From contig CAJXCD010000006.1 of NCBI GenBank assembly GCA_913051545.1, positions 3,680 through 67,679 on the forward strand: a stretch of DNA of 64,000 nucleotides, read 5' to 3'. The notes below the pieces were generated by a model, which was not told the origin of the DNA, did not search any database, and saw only the letters and a list, made by a program, of their open reading frames with translations. The stretch is from an uncultured Chloroflexota bacterium. Lineage in GTDB: Bacteria; Chloroflexota; Dehalococcoidia; Lucifugimonadales; CAJXCD01. Made by a program: the position numbers and the translations under genes. The stretch's first letter is position 1. Every line of letters begins with the position of its first letter. Of this stretch, positions 47,769 through 55,610 are shown piece by piece.

Positions 47769-48545
47769 TCACTTACTCACACTAAATATTGACGTGCAAA
47801 CCATTTGACCGCTTTCGGTAAGTAGTTCTTCTTGCCAGAAAATATGTCCGACATTATCTCCAAAATAATGAAACATTTCCTTCAGTCCACCACTCAATTG
47901 GGTGCCGACCTGAGGTTTTGTGGTAGGGGAATGAACGAACGCTACAGCAATAAGACCATTAGGTTTTGTAACTCTAACCGATTCAGAACATGCAAGCCTG
48001 ATATCGTTACTGTACCTAAGCACGTAGGAACTATACAGTACATCGAACTGATTGTCTTGGAAGTTCATCTCGTGCATATCCATTATGTCTATAAGCGGAC
48101 TGTAGCTGAATAGGTCTATAGCACTGATCTTACGGAGGTCGAATCCGTAAAGACTCATCAATAAAACTTCGGCCTCATTTCTCGGACCTATACAGAGAAC
48201 CTTGCTATTATTCTTGTCTATACCTCCGATGGTCCCCAGAACACTCAATAATCTTTCAGTTCGGTTACGGCTAATTTTCCATACCAAACTTTCGTTGTAA
48301 GGAAGGACATTTTCAGTGACGTGGTCATCTCCTACTAGAGGCACCGTATCGAGGTACCTACGAGGAATTCTTAGTATTTTGTGTTTAAATCTCCTAAGGT
48401 TAAACCATATTCCAAATGTTAAGGGACGTCTCATGAAATAATTCATATAGGATGGTGTGATCGGCGAGGGTGGCGCAATATAACGGCGGATAATATTTCT
48501 TAACCGGAAACGTGTACCGGCTATTTTTCTGAGGTAGTTAGTCAT
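47769..48545 (-). CDS. class I SAM-dependent methyltransferase-like protein
   Basis: 258 aa. Contains 'VLCIGPRNEAEVLLM', 'FDVLYSSYVLRY' and 'VTKPNGLIAV'. Confidence 0.6.
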   Translation of the reverse strand: MTNYLRKIAGTRFRLRNIIRRYIAPPSPITPSYMNYFMRRPLTFGIWFNLRRFKHKILRIPRRYLDTVPLVGDDHVTENVLPYNESLVWKISRNRTERLLSVLGTIGGIDKNNSKVLCIGPRNEAEVLLMSLYGFDLRKISAIDLFSYSPLIDIMDMHEMNFQDNQFDVLYSSYVLRYSNDIRLACSESVRVTKPNGLIAVAFVHSPTTKPQVGTQLSGGLKEMFHYFGDNVGHIFWQEELLTESGQMVCTSIFSVSK

Positions 48546-48660
48546 ATATGTTTCTAACTTTATTCATCCTGAATTTCTCTTTTGAGAGATAAATCATTGG
48601 TTCATTGTGTTCAATTTTTCAGTGATCAAGAATTGCAATTATGCAATGGTTGCAGTTGTT

Positions 48661-49590
48661 TTAGGTGCGACGCCCAATTTTCTGCAAGGCTAGGAATTTA
48701 GCATGACGTAAGAAATCTTTAGGCGTTTGTTCGCCAATTGTAAATGGACGGAATCCGTATCCAGCGGAAACATATGGGAAGACCGGTCTGGTATGATCCC
48801 CACATATTTTGTGCAGCAACGGGTTATAGAAAAAATGGTATCCTATGCAACCGGTATCATCAGACTCTACTATATATGATCCTCTGCCACCATAATTTTC
48901 TAATAATTGTAGTAATTCTTGCCCAAAAACGTCATGTAGGTTTACCCATGTGCTCCCGAAAGGCGGAATGGTGGGTCCTGTAGATTCAAGTTTGTCTCCA
49001 ATGGTGTTAAATACTGATATTCGCAGATTCGCAGATACATCATATGCGGGATCAGCACTTCCGTTGATGAAGTAAGCTACAGATTGCCAGTATTTATCCA
49101 TTAGTAGCGCAGGAGAAAACTGCCTGAATTTAGATTTTCTGCCCTTCCGCTCCGCAAAATTCCAGTCTTTTACAGCTCCAGTTGCAACTATCTCTTGCAG
49201 GGAACCTGAAGAATCCAAGATTCTTACACACCACTCTTGGTGTATATTGGGGATTTTAACTCCTTGGTCTGTAGGTTTCATATGTACAGCAACGGTTCCT
49301 CGCATAGGCGGAACGTCTTTGAATTTCTCACCTAGATTTATTGTTACCGGACGATCACCGTGTGCCTTTTCAGATAGAATTATTTCTCTGACTGTTTTGC
49401 CTTTCTGGTCAAATATCCAGCACGTCAGATCGTAATCTACCCAATCGGGCCAGTCTTTTATAGATGAAGATATTATTGTTTGAAATTCTTGATCAGCCAG
49501 ATAAGGTCCGTACCAAACGGTTTGGTTAGAAAGATAATCCAGGGAGTATAAACTTCCAGTATTAGTATTTTTTGGATCCATATTTTGCAT
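48661..49590 (-). CDS. hypothetical protein (P1), internally duplicated beta-rich module
   Basis: 309 aa with clean coding character and no motif I recognise. It resembles the adjacent CDS at 49605-50393. Confidence 0.65.
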   Translation of the reverse strand: MQNMDPKNTNTGSLYSLDYLSNQTVWYGPYLADQEFQTIISSSIKDWPDWVDYDLTCWIFDQKGKTVREIILSEKAHGDRPVTINLGEKFKDVPPMRGTVAVHMKPTDQGVKIPNIHQEWCVRILDSSGSLQEIVATGAVKDWNFAERKGRKSKFRQFSPALLMDKYWQSVAYFINGSADPAYDVSANLRISVFNTIGDKLESTGPTIPPFGSTWVNLHDVFGQELLQLLENYGGRGSYIVESDDTGCIGYHFFYNPLLHKICGDHTRPVFPYVSAGYGFRPFTIGEQTPKDFLRHAKFLALQKIGRRT

Positions 49591-49604
49591 TATCGGTTTA
49601 ATAT

Positions 49605-50393
49605 TCAGAAATGGTTGACTGATAGTTCGTCTTTGTTGTTTGGTGACACTACTAAAGTTATAGGTTTACGTACTATGTTGTATCCATCGAGTATTATTTC
49701 ACCTGATTTTCCGTCCATAAACTCTTCTAATTGCGGAAAATGTTCTTCAAAAGAAAACAAATACACACCTCTAGCTTTTACATTGCCAGACCATTTAGAT
49801 ATCGTTTCCCCAGCATGGTTTCTTATGCTTACCTTGGTTCGTCCGTGAGATAGAAATGGTATCTTAGGACCGTAATAGTTGTTAAGCAGAATTAGGTATT
49901 TGGATTTGGAGTGGTTATCCGAAAACACTTGCTCAGATCGAATACTTTCTCTCTTAGGAGCATATACAGGACTCCAGGAATTGTGTACGAACGACCTAGC
50001 GTTTGAACCTGAAATTATTTCCATGACGAATTCAGTTGAAACGAACATATTGATGAGAGTCTTGGGTAATACTTCTGGTATTAGCCTACACAAAACAGTG
50101 CCGTATGTATCTGGCTGATTATTATTCTCGATCAACTTCGTTTTGATGTCCAAATGCAGGGAACCGTAGGGTTTCAGCAATTCTCGGTGTGTAAACAGCT
50201 TCTGACCATTGAAATCGTAGAAAGTGATTTCTGCAATCGATTCAGAGTTTTGCGTGTCAGTTCCAAAAAAAGAAGTATTGTAGTAATTAAATATGTTTAT
50301 TGAGGTATTCATACCCTCAGAGGTGATACCAAAACCCATGTTTGGCTTGAAATATTGCGCATGTAATGGCATTTGGTGGGTATTTTTATTCAT
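49605..50393 (-). CDS. hypothetical protein (P2), paralogue-like neighbour of P1
   Basis: I chose ATG 50393 rather than the listed 50477, which overlaps the upstream gene. The same two-module pattern as P1 is present. Confidence 0.6.
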   Translation of the reverse strand: MNKNTHQMPLHAQYFKPNMGFGITSEGMNTSINIFNYYNTSFFGTDTQNSESIAEITFYDFNGQKLFTHRELLKPYGSLHLDIKTKLIENNNQPDTYGTVLCRLIPEVLPKTLINMFVSTEFVMEIISGSNARSFVHNSWSPVYAPKRESIRSEQVFSDNHSKSKYLILLNNYYGPKIPFLSHGRTKVSIRNHAGETISKWSGNVKARGVYLFSFEEHFPQLEEFMDGKSGEIILDGYNIVRKPITLVVSPNNKDELSVNHF

Positions 50394-50436
50394 TGTTTCA
50401 CGATGGACGTATATTACTGGCGATCTCTGAAGAAAT

Positions 50437-51396
50437 TTAATCAGGTATCGTAGCCCACACACCGAATCTTTTAGCAAACAAGAAAGGATGTTTACGAGTC
50501 AATTTTTCTAAAAGATTTCCTGTCCAATTTAGTTTGCTTCCATAAACTATAATGTGTTGATCTTTTCGAGTTAACGGTAGATATTCGGAGATGCCCTGCC
50601 TGATATCCAATGCAAACTCACTCCTCACTTCGAGATCGCTTTCAGATAGCATGGTCTTAATGTCAATCGGGCGATAGAACCAATGCCGGAATTGGTAAGA
50701 CAGTGACTTACGTCCAAGACACCGACGGATCAAGTTACTGTTTGGAGCATAAGTAATTGGCTGTTTAATAAAGGTGAAAAATCCTGTTACAGTCATGATT
50801 ATTCTGTTAAGTCGTAGTTTTAGATAAGAATTCTCGAAAGAATTCAAGGCATGAATAAGCATAGACCCGGGGCCCTTAAGGCTTTTATATACGGCTTTGT
50901 ATGCTTTCCTTGGAGTGTTGTAATCTTCATGTTCGTAAACTACACCTATTAGTATACAGATATCATAACGTTGGTGTCGGTCATTTGGTATGTCAAGAAG
51001 ATCAGCTGTAAATGCACGGCTGGGATCCATCCCCATATTTCGTAGTTTTGGTTTCAGTATTTCGTTAACACAAATTTCGCTTTGGTCTGACATTTCCACA
51101 TCGTACCCTTGTTCGAGCAATTGGAAGCTATATGCACCTACCCCACAACCATATTCGACTATTTTTATTTCTTCAGCTTTTTTCCCAGTAGTTTTAAGAT
51201 AATTAGTAATACCGTCTGAAATAAATTTCGGAATTTCAGACCCTAATTCTACCTCTACTGCAGCCTTGTTACGTTCTTCCGTGCGATTAACATATATAGA
51301 ATCGTACTTTTCTAAATTGCTTTTAGTGTGACCAATAGTACTGTGAGAGATGTACTTACGACCTCGTTTTTTCCCAATGTAGGTTCCTATCTTCAT
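50437..51396 (-). CDS. class I SAM-dependent methyltransferase with C-terminal extension
   Basis: Contains 'IVEYGCGVGAYSFQLLEQGYDVEMSD' and 'YDICILIGVVYEH'. ATG 51396 forms an ATGA overlap with the wzt stop, so the listed 51468 start was rejected. Confidence 0.8.
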   Translation of the reverse strand: MKIGTYIGKKRGRKYISHSTIGHTKSNLEKYDSIYVNRTEERNKAAVEVELGSEIPKFISDGITNYLKTTGKKAEEIKIVEYGCGVGAYSFQLLEQGYDVEMSDQSEICVNEILKPKLRNMGMDPSRAFTADLLDIPNDRHQRYDICILIGVVYEHEDYNTPRKAYKAVYKSLKGPGSMLIHALNSFENSYLKLRLNRIIMTVTGFFTFIKQPITYAPNSNLIRRCLGRKSLSYQFRHWFYRPIDIKTMLSESDLEVRSEFALDIRQGISEYLPLTRKDQHIIVYGSKLNWTGNLLEKLTRKHPFLFAKRFGVWATIPD

Positions 51397-52751
51397 GACA
51401 ATGACCCTTTCGTAGGTATGGTAGGTGTTATATTTACAGCTACTTTCTTGCCATCTGGCGTATCCCATGTATATGGGGACATAACTGTATTTGTTATGCC
51501 AATGAACCTATCGGCTGCTTCGCCTTTCAGTCCCGCACTTTTAGCAGAGCCTCGTATCGAAAAATTTGCTACATCAATCCAGCGTACCAGTTGGTTCATA
51601 GGGTTGCTGGCCCGGGCGCCTATACGTACTACGTACTGTTGCTGAGGAAGCAGGGGAACGCGCTCAAAGGTACATCGAATCTTGCCTTTGCCATCTAGTT
51701 TTTCAATGGTAGTACCGTCCAGTAACATATTCGCATTTAGTAGACCTCCACCTCTTCCAAGTATAGCAACCCAAAAATATGGACGATTGATTGGAGTAGA
51801 AGCATTGTAATGGATCTCAATAGCTATAGAATCCCACGTTTTAAACTCACTTTTTTCATTTCCTTTGTAGTCTGTGACTACCACTTTCTCTATGATGAGT
51901 TCTCCATCTACACTTTTTGCAACTGGATACTTGGTTTTTTGTATTGAAGAGCTAGAGAGATATTTATCAATTACTTCATCAGGTTCCCCGTCGAGAATTA
52001 TTTTACCTTCATTAATCCACATTGCTCTCGAACAAAGGGATGATATTGCAGACATATTATGGCTAACAAAAATAATTGTTCTACCCATATTCCCAACTTC
52101 CTGCATTTTCCCAATACATTTCTGCTGGAAAGAAGCATCACCAACGGCTAAGACCTCGTCTACAAGGAGTATCTCGGGTTCGAGGTGTGCAGCTACCGAG
52201 AAAGCCAATCTAACTGCCATACCACTCGAATAGCGTTTCACAGGGGTGTCAATAAATTTATTCACTTCAGCAAAGTCCACGATCTCATCGAATTTGTTGT
52301 CGAGATCCGATTTCTTCATGCCGAGTAAAGTGCCATTTAAGTAAACGTTGTCTCTCCCGCTTAATTCTGGATGGAACCCAGTCCCAACTTCGAGCAGGCT
52401 GCTAACACGTCCGGTTAAATAAGCTTTTCCGCCAGTTGGTTCTGTTATCTGGGTTAGTATTTTCAAGAGTGTTGTTTTACCAGCCCCATTGGGTCCTACC
52501 AAACCCAGTATTTCACCTTGTCTAAGATCGAACGAGACCTCATCTAGTGCCCATAAGATGTCATCAGTACGGCCGCCTTGGTTTCCAAACTTGGCAAGAC
52601 TCCTTAATCGACGGAAATTCTTGATCGGCCTTGTTACTAAACTAGCTGCGGCGCCTACTAACGTATCAGGAGACTCCTCTTTGATACCAATCCTGTAACG
52701 TTTCGACAGATTTTCCACACTGATAGCTATATTATTCGTAGGCTTAGTCAT
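51393..52751 (-). CDS. wzt: ABC transporter ATP-binding protein, Wzt/TagH type, with C-terminal ~200-aa beta-rich extension (Wzt_C-like)
   Basis: 452 aa. 'GLVGPNGAGKTTLL' is Walker A, 'YSSGMAVRLAF' the signature and 'ILLVDEVLAVGD' Walker B. The extra C-terminal domain begins after about aa 250. Confidence 0.9.
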   Translation of the reverse strand: MTKPTNNIAISVENLSKRYRIGIKEESPDTLVGAAASLVTRPIKNFRRLRSLAKFGNQGGRTDDILWALDEVSFDLRQGEILGLVGPNGAGKTTLLKILTQITEPTGGKAYLTGRVSSLLEVGTGFHPELSGRDNVYLNGTLLGMKKSDLDNKFDEIVDFAEVNKFIDTPVKRYSSGMAVRLAFSVAAHLEPEILLVDEVLAVGDASFQQKCIGKMQEVGNMGRTIIFVSHNMSAISSLCSRAMWINEGKIILDGEPDEVIDKYLSSSSIQKTKYPVAKSVDGELIIEKVVVTDYKGNEKSEFKTWDSIAIEIHYNASTPINRPYFWVAILGRGGGLLNANMLLDGTTIEKLDGKGKIRCTFERVPLLPQQQYVVRIGARASNPMNQLVRWIDVANFSIRGSAKSAGLKGEAADRFIGITNTVMSPYTWDTPDGKKVAVNITPTIPTKGSLS

Positions 52752-52754
52752 TAT

Positions 52755-53615
52755 TTAGGCTACGTCTGCAAATATACGTTCTGTCCGGCGAAAGTATACT
52801 AGCCCACTAATAAACAGTATTGTTGCTACCAAGATCGACATGCCAAGGAGGTCCCACGGCATAGGGTTAGTAGTTAGCAGTGCCGACCGGAAGGACTCTA
52901 TTACTCCAACCATAGGGTTTATTGCGTATACTAATCTGTATTCATCAGGAACAAGGCTAGCCGGGTATACCACAGGAGACGTGAACATAAGTAGTTGTAC
53001 AGCAAAGGATATCCCGTACTTAATGTCACGGTACTGTATGGCTAGGGCAGTAAGCCACATCCCTGCACCTGTAGCACTTAATATCATTATGATGGTAACT
53101 ACCGGCAAAATTAACGCCCAAATTGACGGTATGGTTTTGAACCAAACCATTAATGCCAGCAGTAGTAATAATGCGATCGCAAAATCTATTAGCCTTGCAA
53201 GAACCGCGGAAAAAGGCATCATAAGTCTTGGGAAATACACTTTGCTTAACATACGGGCATTGGATATAAGACTTTCCGTGGCTCCAGTCATAGATGTGGC
53301 AAAATATGTCCAAGGCACTAGTGCTGCAAAGCTAAATATGGGGTAGGGAACTCCATCAGAATCTATTTTGGCCAGCTCTCCAAATACGAACGTGAATACT
53401 ATCATGAAAAACACTGGCTGGATCACGGCCCACCCTATACCTAGTGCTGATTGAGCATACCGGACTTTTATATCTCTCCACACAAGGAAATAGAGAAGGT
53501 CTCGGTAATCCCATAATTCCATCCAGTCAATTGACAACCAGCTTGATGCTGGTTCAATTACCCTGACTTTTTTCGGGGACGCTCTAAGTTTTGCGTGACT
53601 ATTCATGGTGGGCAT
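52755..53615 (-). CDS. wzm: ABC-2 type polysaccharide export permease
   Basis: 286 aa with about 6 TM helices. It lies immediately upstream of wzt (3-nt gap). Confidence 0.88.
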   Translation of the reverse strand: MPTMNSHAKLRASPKKVRVIEPASSWLSIDWMELWDYRDLLYFLVWRDIKVRYAQSALGIGWAVIQPVFFMIVFTFVFGELAKIDSDGVPYPIFSFAALVPWTYFATSMTGATESLISNARMLSKVYFPRLMMPFSAVLARLIDFAIALLLLLALMVWFKTIPSIWALILPVVTIIMILSATGAGMWLTALAIQYRDIKYGISFAVQLLMFTSPVVYPASLVPDEYRLVYAINPMVGVIESFRSALLTTNPMPWDLLGMSILVATILFISGLVYFRRTERIFADVA

Positions 53616-53673
53616 TTTGGTCAGATGACTAGGTGAAGTGGTAATGAGTACGTAACTGGCTATAAAATATTGA

Positions 53674-55050
53674 TTACAATTTGACTACTTGAGACGAAGG
53701 GTTTCTGATTCCATTGGTGGCGTTTCGCGTGTCAAAGACCAGTTTACTGTTGTCTACTATCCACTCCCAATCGTAGGTGGAATGGGCAGTTGTAATCACG
53801 ATGCAGTCCGATTGTTGAAGTGTTAGGGTGTTTAGCTCCGCTCGGTAAAGGGATAGGCCTTCAATGTCTATTTCTGTCACAAAAGGATCATGATAAGAAA
53901 CATGAGATCCTCGATCTTTAAGTAGAGATATCAGGTCAATTGCGGGTGATTCTCTTAGGTCGTCTAGGTCTGCCTTGTATGTTACGCCTATAACCATGAC
54001 TTTTGCGTCAAGCAGGGTCTTGCCTGATTCGTTCAAAATCTTTGATATCCTCTCCATAACATAATCTGGCATACCATGGTTTACTTCATCTGCCAATTGG
54101 ATGAAACGAGCATTGTAACTTAACGTTCTAAGTTTCCAGGCGAGGTACTGAGGGTCAACTGGTATACAGTGACCTCCCAAACCTGGCCCAGGATAGAATG
54201 CCATAAATCCGAATGGTTTGGTCTCGGCTGCAGAAATTACTTCCCAGACATCTACTTCTAGTTTTTCACACATGATAGCGAATTCATTAATAAGTCCGAT
54301 ATTAGCAGCCCTGAAGGTATTCTCAAGTAATTTCACCATCTCTGCGACAGTAGGGGAGGACACAGGAACGATTTCATTAATAACTGATTGGTATAGTATA
54401 TTGGCGACACTCGTACACTCTGGTGTTATACCACCTATGACTTTAGGTATGTCGGATATTGTTCTATAACTATTTCCTGGATCGATTCTCTCGGGAGAAA
54501 AAGCCAAGAAAAAATCTTTTCCAACTTTAAATGGACCATGATTGGCTGATTGAATGGTTGGAAGGATAACGTCTTTTGTAGTACCAGGATAAGTGGTGCT
54601 TTCAACAATTATTAGCATATCGGGATGGATATACAGTGCCATTTCCTGAGATGCTGAAACTATACGTGATATGTCTGGTTCCCTAGTTTTACTCAATGGA
54701 GTAGGTACGCACACCACAATCACGTCTGCTTTTGTTATTATGCTGTAATCAGTTGAGGCGTAAATCTTACCTGGTTTAGTGCTATGTATCTGTGTAGACA
54801 TGCTGGCCGAATCAGATTTATCAGATGTTACAAGGTTCGCTAGATGATCAGATTTCACATCTTGAACATATGATTTTCCGTTTCTGATCGAATCTATTTT
54901 CGATTGATCTACATCTATGCCTACAACTGGGAACCCAGCATCTGCAAAAAGCACAGCTTGAGGAAGGCCGACGTAACCTAATCCTAGTATAGCAATGACG
55001 GATTCTCTGGAGCGTATTTTACTAATAATTGATGACTGAATTTTGTTCAA
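53674..55050 (-). CDS. nucleotide-sugar dehydrogenase, UDP-N-acetyl-hexosamine 6-dehydrogenase (WbpA/WecC-like)
   Basis: 458 aa. Contains 'IAILGLGYVGLPQAVLFADAGFPVVGIDVD' and 'GGHCIPVDP'. The TTG start has AAGGAA upstream. It is the first gene after the 560-nt gap. Confidence 0.88.
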   Translation of the reverse strand: MNKIQSSIISKIRSRESVIAILGLGYVGLPQAVLFADAGFPVVGIDVDQSKIDSIRNGKSYVQDVKSDHLANLVTSDKSDSASMSTQIHSTKPGKIYASTDYSIITKADVIVVCVPTPLSKTREPDISRIVSASQEMALYIHPDMLIIVESTTYPGTTKDVILPTIQSANHGPFKVGKDFFLAFSPERIDPGNSYRTISDIPKVIGGITPECTSVANILYQSVINEIVPVSSPTVAEMVKLLENTFRAANIGLINEFAIMCEKLEVDVWEVISAAETKPFGFMAFYPGPGLGGHCIPVDPQYLAWKLRTLSYNARFIQLADEVNHGMPDYVMERISKILNESGKTLLDAKVMVIGVTYKADLDDLRESPAIDLISLLKDRGSHVSYHDPFVTEIDIEGLSLYRAELNTLTLQQSDCIVITTAHSTYDWEWIVDNSKLVFDTRNATNGIRNPSSQVVKL

Positions 55051-55370
55051 ATCAAAATTCCTTTTGTGTCTGCTTTTATATTCATATAAAGGTACCCTTT
55101 GGATAGGACGAGAAGATCGAATTCAGACGGAATAATAAGATTCACAAATATAGTTGATCGAAAGTGGACACTAAACTTTGGTAAAGCTACGCTAACTCAA
55201 GCCGAAATGTTGAGTTAGAAACAACAACTATATTAAGTAAGTTTATCTTCGGAGCTGTGGCTTCAACGAAGATTAATTCTCACGAATGTAATCCAAAACA
55301 AGTTCGTTATCTTCGGTATTATAGGTCACATGCTGTCATCGCACTCGTTCTGTTAATGAACGCTTCATAT

Positions 55371-55399
55371 AATGTAAAATTCATTAACTTGAAAGTCAA
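55371..55399 (-). promoter_or_regulatory. candidate sigma70-like promoter for the large operon (TTGACT-17-TACATT on the minus strand)
   Basis: The reverse complement of 55371-55399 reads TTGACT, 17 nt, TACATT. This could be a chance match in AT-rich DNA, and it would imply a ~320-nt leader. Confidence 0.2.
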
Positions 55400-55610
55400 G
55401 ATTTATTAAAGACATGTTGTGACAAAATTAGATCCCAATATATTGGGTGATTTGGACCGATGTATTTAGAATAGTTAAGGGTTCTAAGTAGAAGATCAGG
55501 GATTTATGTTAGTACCTTAATATCGTCTCTTAAAATGATTTGTTACACGACGATACTCAAGTTAGCAAGATTTGCGATGAGTTATATGGGATAGGTAGTG
55601 TTGGTATCCA

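Noticed and set aside
55051-55610. JUMPstart/ops (GGCGGTAG) antitermination element in the operon leader
   Set aside because: I searched both orientations by eye and found no match.
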